NCBI GenBank assembly: GCA_041664585.1
Contig: JBAYKL010000002.1
Location: 88,328-152,327, forward strand
Length of the DNA stretch: 64,000 nt
Direction of reading: 5' to 3'
DNA from: Minisyncoccota bacterium
GTDB taxonomy: Bacteria; Patescibacteriota; Minisyncoccia; Phycocordibacterales; GWA1-40-21
Shown: piece by piece, positions 37,913 to 46,732 of the stretch
Numbering within the stretch: position 1 is the first letter of the stretch
Layout: each line of letters opens with the position of its first letter
The notes under the pieces: model-generated
Told to the model about the DNA's origin: nothing
The model's database searches: none
The model's input: the letters and a program-made list of their open reading frames with translations, nothing else
Position numbers and translations under genes: made by a program

Positions 37913-39310
37913 CTATAAGCTCAATGTATCTATATCCTTCTCAAATTGAACCGCTCTGTCAGCAACCTGTTTACCATATCCATATTTACCATACATATAA
38001 GTGCTTAAACGACTCCCCTTCAAACTTAATCCCCCATAGTATTTTGAAGCTGAACAGGCCCATATATCAGTCTTCTTTGTGAATGCTGTTTTACATATAG
38101 CCTGTGCGTCTTTTATATACAAAGCTGTCCCAACGAAAGCATCTCTGCTATTGAATGGAGACGGTATAGAAGAACCCACAACAGCCCCCACACGATTCTT
38201 ATAACCCGTAGCTGTACCTATATTCCACCAAGTACTTGGCATAAATTGTGCCGGGCCCATGGCACCACCATATTCCCCATCTGCATATATCGGACAGGAT
38301 ACTGGAGTTTTATCTGGATTTAAACCTAACTCAGACATTATAGCCAAAAAGGAAGGTATCTGAGTTTTACTCATAACAGTTCCATTTGTATTTTTTGCGC
38401 TTTGATTGTAGTAGCACTTACCTATATTTTTACCTATAAGTCCATCGACCGAAGTCTCTTGAGTGAGTATTGCTAAGACTAAGGCAGAACTTACACCAAT
38501 AGTGCTTTCATATGGTTTTATAATCTTAAGAGCTTCACCGAAAGTTAATTCTTGCCCACCGACTGTCCTAAATAGTCTATTACTTATCTGACTCTTTAAT
38601 TTCTCTTTATCAGCAATTATTTTTTTATAAGCACTCTCCTGCCCTTTTGCTACTGTAAGAATATTCTGCTTTTCTTTTTTATAAACCTCAAGTTGTCTTT
38701 TTTCAGCATCTTGTTCGAACTTCAATTTTTCCTCCTGAACCTTTCTGGTTTCTAAATCTTTCTTCTCAGTTTCTGATGTCTTTTTCGTAGTTGTAAGCTC
38801 TGATGTTAGCTCCCTAAGCTTTTTATCAATAGTTGCATAATTATCTATATCTTTAAATAAATCAGATAAGTTCTGACTAGAAAGTGCAATCTCAATTAAG
38901 GAAATATTATTTAAATTATATGTATCTCGAATCATCTTAGAAACAGATTTTTTTATATTCTCCATTCTAGTAGACAATGTACCTATATACTGGGTTTTGG
39001 TTGTAATATTTTCGCCAAGTTGTTTTATCTTCGCAGTTCTCGCATTTATTTCAATTTGTGTAGTATTAATCTTATAAGTAAGCTCTGCTATACCCTTTTC
39101 CAAATCAGAAGATTGTTTTTGTGTTTTTGATAATATGGCTTTTTGTTCAACGATATCTCTATCACATTGATCCAAAATAGCCTGGAGTTCACTGTTGGAT
39201 TTTCCTTCAACATTTGCATCACAGGAAATAGCCCTGGCATCACCAGAGGTAAAGGCCAAGAAAACAAAGGAAGACAAAATCAAAACCGCAAATATTCTTT
39301 TCAAAAACAT
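37913..39310 (-). CDS. Secreted coiled-coil plus lytic murein transglycosylase
   Basis: Signal peptide, long coiled coil, AILTQET (catalytic E), GGAMGPAQFMPSTW. Confidence 0.85.
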   Translation of the reverse strand: MFLKRIFAVLILSSFVFLAFTSGDARAISCDANVEGKSNSELQAILDQCDRDIVEQKAILSKTQKQSSDLEKGIAELTYKINTTQIEINARTAKIKQLGENITTKTQYIGTLSTRMENIKKSVSKMIRDTYNLNNISLIEIALSSQNLSDLFKDIDNYATIDKKLRELTSELTTTKKTSETEKKDLETRKVQEEKLKFEQDAEKRQLEVYKKEKQNILTVAKGQESAYKKIIADKEKLKSQISNRLFRTVGGQELTFGEALKIIKPYESTIGVSSALVLAILTQETSVDGLIGKNIGKCYYNQSAKNTNGTVMSKTQIPSFLAIMSELGLNPDKTPVSCPIYADGEYGGAMGPAQFMPSTWWNIGTATGYKNRVGAVVGSSIPSPFNSRDAFVGTALYIKDAQAICKTAFTKKTDIWACSASKYYGGLSLKGSRLSTYMYGKYGYGKQVADRAVQFEKDIDTLSL

Positions 39311-39340
39311 TATATATCTATTTTACTACAAAAAGGGAAA

Positions 39341-39387
39341 TAAAAGAAAGAGGACTGAGTGTTTTACACTCAGTCCTCTTTCTTTTA
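39341..39387 (-). terminator. rplY terminator (22-bp inverted repeat)
   Basis: TAAAAGAAAGAGGACTGAGTGT-TTT-ACACTCAGTCCTCTTTCTTTTA. Confidence 0.82.
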
Positions 39388-39389
39388 GT

Positions 39390-40046
39390 TTATTTCTTTT
39401 CTTCTGTAGCTTCTTCTCCTTCCGCGGTACCATTAGCTTCCTTACCTTTCTTAGCAACCTCAATTGCTGATAGGTCTACTGGTGCAGCTTCTACAACCTC
39501 TTCTTTTGGTTCGTAAACTGAAGCAACAACTTCTTCTGGACCTGACTTAATTTCAACTCCAGCAGGAGCCTTAATATCTTTTACTTCAATAACATCATCA
39601 AATTTTGCAAGTGTAGATAGATCTACTTCAATGTTATGCGGTAAATCTTTAGGCAAAGCTTCGATTTCAATTTCGTGCATAACCTTAACAAGCACAGCAC
39701 CAAAGTCTTTAACAGCAGGAGAAACTCCTATGAATTCAACAGGGACTTTGATTTCAATCTTCTTACCTTTTTCAATAGCGTAAAAGTCTGCATGTCTTGG
39801 CTTATCTGTAACTGGATTATAATCGACTTCGTGTATCAAAACATCGACATCAATACCTTCGCCAACTAAATGAATAATTGTAGATTCTCCAGCATCTCTT
39901 AGTGTTTTTTCAAAAACAGCATAAGAAAGCATAATAGGAGTTGATTCCTCTTTTTTTCCATAGAAAACAGCTGGCATTTTGCCTGCTTCTCTTATTGAAG
40001 ACAAGCTAGCCTTCATATCTCTCTTTTCAACGTTTAATGTTAACAT
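39390..40046 (-). CDS. rplY: 50S ribosomal protein L25/Ctc
   Basis: PAVFYG, HADFY, VPV.F.G.SPAVK, P..LP..I.VD. ATG 40046 preferred; the GTG at 40064 abuts the -10 box. Confidence 0.95.
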   Translation of the reverse strand: MLTLNVEKRDMKASLSSIREAGKMPAVFYGKKEESTPIMLSYAVFEKTLRDAGESTIIHLVGEGIDVDVLIHEVDYNPVTDKPRHADFYAIEKGKKIEIKVPVEFIGVSPAVKDFGAVLVKVMHEIEIEALPKDLPHNIEVDLSTLAKFDDVIEVKDIKAPAGVEIKSGPEEVVASVYEPKEEVVEAAPVDLSAIEVAKKGKEANGTAEGEEATEEKK

Positions 40047-40097
40047 AGTAGGAGTATTATACACGAAAAAACCTCTTTAGCAAGGCCCTTTTTATAT

Positions 40098-40964
40098 CTA
40101 TAAGAAATTAAAGATCCTCATTTTTTCTTCCACCACCTTTTCTACCGCTTCTATACATTTATCCATATATTTATAAGGGGAAACTTCTTCTGGTTTAGAG
40201 GATAGAGATTCTTCCAAAGCCTTTCTAAAAGCAACTCTGATTTCGGTGTTTACATGCACTACAGACATACCGGCCTTTATTGCGGCTTGTATATCCCCGG
40301 CAGAATTTCCAGAAGCCCCGTGAAGTACGAGCGGAACACTTACAGTATCATTTATTTTTTTTACGACTTCAATATTCAAAGCTGGATCAATTCCACCCTT
40401 GAGCATACCGTGAATATTCCCCACTGCTGGGGCCAACATATCTATACCAGTAGCCTCAACAAATCTTACAGCTTCTTCTGGTTTAGTGAGAAATTCTTCT
40501 GTAATTTTTACTCCTTCTGGAATCTTGTCCAAAACTTTTGAAGAAGCCCCTATAAAACCGAGCTCAGCTTCTACCATTATTTCTTTGTTTACACTTCTTG
40601 CATATTCTACGCATTCTTTTGTGAGTCTTAAATTTTCTTCGTATGAAAGATCTGTACCGTCAAAAATAACAGCATCATATCCTGCATCTATCACCTCTTT
40701 CACTCCTTCGACAGTTTTAGTATGATCAGCATTTAGAAATATAGGATAGTTATATTCATCTCTCAAACTTTTTACTAAAGCCACAGCTTGTTTGGTACCA
40801 ATAAATTTTCTTTCTCCTTCTGCGGTACCAATAATCACAGGCAAATCTAATTTTTTAGCTACATTAAAAATCCCCCTTAGAGTCTCTAGATTTGAAATAT
40901 TAAAATGACCAATAGCTACTCCTTTTTCTTCTGCTTCTTTTATATATTGTCTCAGTGTTTTCAT
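40098..40964 (-). CDS. fba: Class II fructose-bisphosphate aldolase
   Basis: NADH, EAELG, GNIHG, LVLHGASG, NTE. Confidence 0.92.
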   Translation of the reverse strand: MKTLRQYIKEAEEKGVAIGHFNISNLETLRGIFNVAKKLDLPVIIGTAEGERKFIGTKQAVALVKSLRDEYNYPIFLNADHTKTVEGVKEVIDAGYDAVIFDGTDLSYEENLRLTKECVEYARSVNKEIMVEAELGFIGASSKVLDKIPEGVKITEEFLTKPEEAVRFVEATGIDMLAPAVGNIHGMLKGGIDPALNIEVVKKINDTVSVPLVLHGASGNSAGDIQAAIKAGMSVVHVNTEIRVAFRKALEESLSSKPEEVSPYKYMDKCIEAVEKVVEEKMRIFNFL

Positions 40965-40966
40965 TT

Positions 40967-41686
40967 TTATATTTTTTTAAATTCCTCTATTGTTTCTTTT
41001 ATATTCTCACTTTCAAAAACAGCCGAGCCAGACACAAGCCTTGTAGCTCCAGCCTCCACTATTTCTTCTGCGTTATCTAAATTCACTCCTCCGTCTACAC
41101 TTATAAGCACATCTGGGTATGCGGTCCTTAGATCACGAATCCTGCCCACGACTCTCTCGTCAAAATACTGTCCCTGATATCCAATTTCCCTAATACCCAT
41201 AAATTGCACAAAATCCACAAGAGATCTACCGTTTGCATTTGGATCTAGGAATTCAAAAACTTTTTCTAGTGGAGTGTCTACATTTACAGCCAAACCGATT
41301 TCAACATTTAAAGGAGAATCACCAAACCAACCGTATTTATTTCTTAATTCTGAAATTAAATCCTTTATGTGTGGAGCAGACTCCAAATGTAATACGATTC
41401 TACTTGCCCCAGCCCTTATCCAGTCCTCAACCACATGTTCTGGATGAGAAACCATCATATCTACTTCAAAATTCAAAGATTGCCAGAATGGAAACCCTAT
41501 CTCTTCCTCTGTAATCTTTCTGAAATCACCATCAACATCATTTACATATGGCCAAGATTTTGAATGCACAAATTTACCATCACAAATATCTATTTGCACA
41601 GTTTGGACAAATCCATTTACAAGAGACATCTTTTCATTAATCTCTTCAAAATCTTGTGGTATTACCGCTGGAATTATTTCAATCAT
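40967..41686 (-). CDS. rpe: Ribulose-phosphate 3-epimerase (divergent)
   Basis: IIPA, QIDICDG.FV, GYQGQ, SVDGGVN, LVSGSAVF. Confidence 0.88.
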   Translation of the reverse strand: MIEIIPAVIPQDFEEINEKMSLVNGFVQTVQIDICDGKFVHSKSWPYVNDVDGDFRKITEEEIGFPFWQSLNFEVDMMVSHPEHVVEDWIRAGASRIVLHLESAPHIKDLISELRNKYGWFGDSPLNVEIGLAVNVDTPLEKVFEFLDPNANGRSLVDFVQFMGIREIGYQGQYFDERVVGRIRDLRTAYPDVLISVDGGVNLDNAEEIVEAGATRLVSGSAVFESENIKETIEEFKKI

Positions 41687-42230
41687 ATTGGTTATTGTGT
41701 TTAATAAGTTTAGAGATCATTTCTATTTTTTTAATTCTTCTTAAGTGTCTCTCCCCGTTAGAAAAATCAGTTGTGAGCCATGTCTTTACGGCTTTCTTTG
41801 CATCTCTTAAGTTCATCATTCTCGCGCCAAGAGAAAGTACATTAGAATCATTATGGAGTCTACCAAGTTTAATGGTAAGTAGGGCATCTTTAAAGATTCC
41901 GCCTCTACCGTAATATACAGTTGCACGAACATTTGGAAATCTATTTGCAACAATAGCTTCACCTTGTCCTGATCCACCGAGAACAATTCCTAAAATATTT
42001 TTAGGGTTTAGAGAAACAGCTTTTGCAACTGGGTGTATAAAATCTGAATAATCATCTAGGTCATCATATCTGTATGCTCCGCAATCTACCACCTCATAAC
42101 CAAGCTTCTGTATAAAAGGAATGAGTTTCGTTTTCATAACAAAACCAGCATGATCTGTACCAATATATATTTGCGGTTTATGAGTTCTATAACCTATTTT
42201 TTTCATTAGGTTAATTATAGCACTAACCAA
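41679..42230 (-). CDS. rpiB: Ribose-5-phosphate isomerase B family protein
   Basis: GTDHAG, DY, GGSGQGE..ANR, HNDSNVLSLGAR, RH.RRI. Confidence 0.92.
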   Translation of the reverse strand: MVSAIINLMKKIGYRTHKPQIYIGTDHAGFVMKTKLIPFIQKLGYEVVDCGAYRYDDLDDYSDFIHPVAKAVSLNPKNILGIVLGGSGQGEAIVANRFPNVRATVYYGRGGIFKDALLTIKLGRLHNDSNVLSLGARMMNLRDAKKAVKTWLTTDFSNGERHLRRIKKIEMISKLIKHNNQYD

Positions 42231-43644
42231 TTACAGACAAAAGTATTTTTTTGATTACTTGTGGGTTTGCAGAGCCTTTTGTTACTTTCATAGCCTGCCC
42301 CACTAGGTATTGTAAAGATGCTTCTTTGCCAGCTTTGAAATCAGCAACAACTGTTGGATTTTCTGCAATAAGTTTTTCAGCTAAGGCCTTAAGAGCACCT
42401 TCATCATTTTGTTGTATTAGACCTTCTTTATTTGCAATTTCTTCTGGATCTCCTCCGCTTACCACAATCCTAGCAAGCAAATCTTTTGCTCCTCTTGAAG
42501 AAATTTTTCCTTCAGAAACCATATTGATTATTTTTGCAAAATCTTTGTCATTTGGGAAAGATAGTTTTGAATCCTTAGATAAAATACCAACAAGATCAGA
42601 AGAAATATAGTTTGAAGCAAGCTGAACAAGTTCTTTATTTCCAGAAAAATCAGATATAACTTTCTCAAAGAAATCTCCGAGAGATTTATCATTCACATAT
42701 GAATCAGCATCCTGTTCTTTTATATTAAATACTTTCAAATATCTATTTCTCCTCTCCCAAGGAAGCTCTGGTAGTTCTTCTTTAATTTTCTTTAAATCAA
42801 AAACTTCAGAAATCATCATCTTTGGTAAATCAGGATCTGGAAAATATCTATAATCATGAGAGTCTTCTTTTATTCTCTGAGAATATGTTTTTTGTTTTGC
42901 TTCGTCCCAACCACGAGTTTCCTGTACAATCTTTTCTCCCTTCTCTAATGCTTCAATATGTCTTTCTGTTTCGTAGGCAATAGCTTTTTCTACAGTCTTA
43001 AAAGAGTTTAAGTTTTTAACCTCAACTTTTGTACCAAGTTTACCTTCACAGTCACTTACAGAAATATTAGCCTCAACTCTCATTTCACCTTTTTCCATAT
43101 TTGCATCTCCAACACCAAGGTATTGTAAAAGTAACTGCAGTTCTTTTGCAAAATCAGAAGCTTCCTTTCCAGAATGTATTACAGGTTCTGTTACAAGCTC
43201 CATAAGAGGTACACTTGAACGATTGAAATCTACAAGGGAAAAATCTCCTTGGTCATGGCTAGATTTAGCTGTATCTTCTTCTAAGTGAATTCTAGTAAGT
43301 CTTACACCATGTAAATATCCTCCAGAAACTATTGGGTATTTGTATTGACTAATCTGATATCCTTTTGGGATATCTGGATAGAAATAATTTTTTCTGTCCC
43401 ATTCTGTAAAATCAGCAATATCTGATTCACAAGCAAGACCCACTTTTATTACATCCTCTATCGCCTCTTTGTTTAGCACAGGTAAAGTACCAGGGTGACC
43501 CATACACACAGGACACGCATTCACATTTGGTCTTTTCTCTTCAGTATCATTCTTACACTGACAAAACATTTTTGTCTTTGTTTTTAATTCAGCATGAATT
43601 TCAAGTCCAACTGTTGTTTTGTATTTGCTACAAGTGTCACTCAT
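42223..43644 (-). CDS. gatB: Asp/Glu-tRNA amidotransferase subunit B
   Basis: GLEIHAEL, RKNYFYPD, HLEED, ELVTEP, VEVKNLNS, DYRYFPDPDL. Confidence 0.97.
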   Translation of the reverse strand: MSDTCSKYKTTVGLEIHAELKTKTKMFCQCKNDTEEKRPNVNACPVCMGHPGTLPVLNKEAIEDVIKVGLACESDIADFTEWDRKNYFYPDIPKGYQISQYKYPIVSGGYLHGVRLTRIHLEEDTAKSSHDQGDFSLVDFNRSSVPLMELVTEPVIHSGKEASDFAKELQLLLQYLGVGDANMEKGEMRVEANISVSDCEGKLGTKVEVKNLNSFKTVEKAIAYETERHIEALEKGEKIVQETRGWDEAKQKTYSQRIKEDSHDYRYFPDPDLPKMMISEVFDLKKIKEELPELPWERRNRYLKVFNIKEQDADSYVNDKSLGDFFEKVISDFSGNKELVQLASNYISSDLVGILSKDSKLSFPNDKDFAKIINMVSEGKISSRGAKDLLARIVVSGGDPEEIANKEGLIQQNDEGALKALAEKLIAENPTVVADFKAGKEASLQYLVGQAMKVTKGSANPQVIKKILLSVIG

Positions 43645-43649
43645 AAAAA

Positions 43650-44618
43650 TTACTTTCTTAATATTTTAATAAGTTTATCTTTTAATTCTTTAATTGACTC
43701 ATTATCATAAACAGTAACAGACAAAATATTTTTATTAAATTTAACAAGTTTCTTTTTTGCTGCATCAACTTTCTTTTTGTCTATCAAATCTGTTTTAGTT
43801 AAAATAATAACCTCATCTTTTTCAGCAAGTTCTGTACTATAATCCTCTAATTCTTTTCTTATTATTTTATAATTCTTCACAACAGCTTCATCTTCCAAAG
43901 AAATACAATGGAACAAAACTCTCGTTCTTTTAATATGTCTCAAAAACTTATCCCCCAACCCCTTTCCTTCTGAAGCCCCTTCAATAAGACCAGGGATATC
44001 GGCTAATATATAACCGTGCATTGCACCGAGAGCTGGTTCTAAAGTGGTGAATTGATATGCACCAACCTTAGAAGTTGCATTCGTAAGTTCGTTTAAAATA
44101 CTTGATTTACCAGCATTAGGAAGGCCGATGAGACCAGCATGTGCAACAAGTTCAACTTCAATATAAAAATCTGCTTCTTCTCCTCTCTTTCCATCAGTTT
44201 GCTGTTCTGGAATCTGATTTGTGGCGCCTTTAAAATATTCATTTCCAAGTCCACCTTTACCACCATTTAATATTTTAATTTCTTCTCCAACTTCTAATAA
44301 ATTAAATTTCTCTCTTGTTTCTTTATTTGTAAGAACAGTACCAATAGGAAAATCTATGTAAAGATCTTCTCCGTTTTTACCATGGCAACTATCTTTCATT
44401 CCATCTTGTCCATTTTGAGCAGCAAATTCTTTAGTATTTTTATATCTTGCGAGTATACCAATATCACTAACGGCACGTACGTATACGCTACCGCCTCTAC
44501 CACCATTTCCGCCGGAAGGACCAGCAAATTCAAGGCTCTTTACATGGAGCCAACGAACAACTCCGTCTCCCCCCCTTCCAGCTTTAATATGTATATTTAA
44601 TTCATCTACAAACGCCAT
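43650..44618 (-). CDS. obgE: GTPase ObgE/CgtA (short C-terminus)
   Basis: GGNGGRGG, GLPNAGKS, YQFTTL, DIPGLIEGA, FLRHI.RT, TKTD. Confidence 0.96.
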   Translation of the reverse strand: MAFVDELNIHIKAGRGGDGVVRWLHVKSLEFAGPSGGNGGRGGSVYVRAVSDIGILARYKNTKEFAAQNGQDGMKDSCHGKNGEDLYIDFPIGTVLTNKETREKFNLLEVGEEIKILNGGKGGLGNEYFKGATNQIPEQQTDGKRGEEADFYIEVELVAHAGLIGLPNAGKSSILNELTNATSKVGAYQFTTLEPALGAMHGYILADIPGLIEGASEGKGLGDKFLRHIKRTRVLFHCISLEDEAVVKNYKIIRKELEDYSTELAEKDEVIILTKTDLIDKKKVDAAKKKLVKFNKNILSVTVYDNESIKELKDKLIKILRK

Positions 44619-44752
44619 ATAAAAATGATTCTAACATAAAATGGATAATTTTGCTTATATAAATAAAAGTGATATTTTATTATTATATATCGACTTCACT
44701 CGTACAAAATGTAAAATCAGAATCTCACACCTTGTTTCTCGCTAGTCAAAAT

Positions 44753-44783
44753 AAAAAAAACGCTCGGCATAGCCAAGCGTTTT
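44753..44783 (-). terminator. Terminator of orphan gene
   Basis: Minus strand AAAACGCTTGGC-TAT-GCCGAGCGTTTTTTTT. Confidence 0.75.
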
Positions 44784-44805
44784 ATAGTAACATCACGCCC
44801 TTTAC

Positions 44806-45240
44806 TCAGACATGTAAGGCGTTGAGAAATGTTCGTGGTATTTCGTGTTGTCCTGGAATAAGACCTCGCTCAATACCATTTAGGAAATTAATTACGCTCT
44901 CGAATCTTGAAACCTCTTCACCAAATTCCTGCAGTCCGCATTTGCAAACCAAACCAGTTTTTGGTTGTCCAGACAAGCTGTCAATCCGAAGGCCCAGCAG
45001 GAACTCTGTACCGATTTTGCCAGTACGAACTTCCGACCCGCTGAGAACAACAAAGATAGCTTTCTTTCCTCCATCCAACGGTTTGCAAAGACCGGTAAAA
45101 ACACCTTTGTCATTGCAAACAGGAAGGATCCCGGAATGATAAACCTTCATTCTTCCAGAAAGCTCCTCTCTGGTCATATCAAGCAACCCTCGTTCAGTTA
45201 CAACCGTTTTACCATCCTCACCAATAAACGATACCTTCAT
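44806..45240 (-). CDS. Orphan hypothetical protein with SD, own promoter and terminator
   Basis: AGGAAAGG at 45250-45257, TTGACA-16-TATATT at 45332-45359, visibly more GC-rich than neighbours. Confidence 0.6.
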   Translation of the reverse strand: MKVSFIGEDGKTVVTERGLLDMTREELSGRMKVYHSGILPVCNDKGVFTGLCKPLDGGKKAIFVVLSGSEVRTGKIGTEFLLGLRIDSLSGQPKTGLVCKCGLQEFGEEVSRFESVINFLNGIERGLIPGQHEIPRTFLNALHV

Positions 45241-45370
45241 AATCTGTAACCTTTCCTAACATTTAACCTACCTACATTGGCACCACCACCCTAGTGATGC
45301 CAAAAACAAAATAAAAAAAGAACAAGCAGTAAATATACCACTCGTAACTTTTGTGTCAACTGTTTATAAG

Positions 45371-46264
45371 TTAGGCTTCAACAGCTAACTTTGCAAGTTT
45401 AATAGCCCCCTCTTTTGTATCTGCTCCTGCATATATACCACCATTCCTACAAAATGTTACATCGCTGATACCAGTAATTTTTACAAGGTCTTCTTTACTT
45501 TTTCCCCACCAACTTTCCGAGAAATTTTTTCTTGACTCAAACGAATTCTCAAATTTTCTTATAGTTGTCACTCTCCATCTTAAACCATCCTTTTCTTTAT
45601 AAACAGAAAAGAGTGGCTCTGGATAATTTAGGAGTAAACTTTTTGGTAAATACTTATCAAAGATAATTATTCTTTTGTCTTCTGAATTTTTGTAAATTTC
45701 TTCGACAATATTTTCCGCTTCAATTTTGTCCTGTAAATCTTTAATCTCTCTAGAAAGAACTTCCCTAGCAAAATCGACCGCCTTCAAAAATACTTTATTT
45801 ATATCGATATCTTCCTCTTTCCATGTAGGATACATGGAATAAATCGCGTCTGTGATAGTAAAAGGATATAAACCATCGATAACGGACTTATACAAACTTA
45901 CGCCGCAATCATCTGCATCTATTACCTCTACTAGTTTATTATCCAAAATATCTGCTATTCTCTTAGAACCGCAGACCTTCTCTCCGTACTCTTTCCATAG
46001 AATTCCAAATGTAGAATATGAGATTCCGTTTTCCCTTTTCCCCGCTCCACCTTCTTGATGATGATCAAATCTATTTTTAGATGGTTCATGTTCAAAACCA
46101 ATATCCAAAACAAAATCTGCTTTAGAAATTATTTTTTCATCTCTCGTTCTTACAACCTTAATATTTCCTTTGTGTAAAATAGACAAAAGAGCTACAGCAA
46201 AAACATCATCTGGATGGAAAGCTCCATTATGAGTAGCGATAACAATTTTCTTTTTAAAAAACAT
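45371..46264 (-). CDS. MYG1 family (DHH-like) exonuclease
   Basis: ATHNGAFHPDDVFA, RTRD, FDHHQ, IDADD.G. Confidence 0.92.
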   Translation of the reverse strand: MFFKKKIVIATHNGAFHPDDVFAVALLSILHKGNIKVVRTRDEKIISKADFVLDIGFEHEPSKNRFDHHQEGGAGKRENGISYSTFGILWKEYGEKVCGSKRIADILDNKLVEVIDADDCGVSLYKSVIDGLYPFTITDAIYSMYPTWKEEDIDINKVFLKAVDFAREVLSREIKDLQDKIEAENIVEEIYKNSEDKRIIIFDKYLPKSLLLNYPEPLFSVYKEKDGLRWRVTTIRKFENSFESRKNFSESWWGKSKEDLVKITGISDVTFCRNGGIYAGADTKEGAIKLAKLAVEA

Positions 46265-46710
46265 TATTTTTTGAGAAAGATCTTAATCTCTTCTATATCT
46301 TTAGAAATTTGAGCAACCTTTTTGTTTAACAAAACTATCTGCTCTTCTTCTTGTCTTACCTCCACTTCTGTTTTTTCTTCTACCTTTTTCTCATGCTTAA
46401 GACCAGAAAGAATAATCCTATCTCCGATCATTGTAGCAACAAAGAGTCCTGTAAGAAGAAGTAGAAGCGCTGTCCATACAATAGTATTTGGTTCATAAAA
46501 TACATAATATAAAATTTTGCCAAATAGGCTACCGTTATACATGTACATCTCGGCACCTTTTTCCATCAAGATATCTGCAGAATGCCATATACCACGCCAA
46601 AACAATACAACAAGAGATCCGCCGACAAGAGCATAAAAAATAGACCTGTGACTCAATCTTATCCTAACCCTATCCTCCAATTTATCAAAAAATCTTAATA
46701 TCTTTTTCAT
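46264..46710 (-). CDS. Hypothetical membrane protein
   Basis: Two TM segments (VLFWRGIWH) and a C-terminal coiled coil; TAATG overlap with MYG1. Confidence 0.75.
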   Translation of the reverse strand: MKKILRFFDKLEDRVRIRLSHRSIFYALVGGSLVVLFWRGIWHSADILMEKGAEMYMYNGSLFGKILYYVFYEPNTIVWTALLLLLTGLFVATMIGDRIILSGLKHEKKVEEKTEVEVRQEEEQIVLLNKKVAQISKDIEEIKIFLKK

Positions 46711-46732
46711 ATTTGTATATTATACACTAAAA

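Noticed and set aside
44669-45249. Alternative overlapping ORFs (44669..45139, 44965..45249, 44892..45113)
   Set aside because: Only 44806..45240 has a promoter, SD and terminator; the others are shadow frames.
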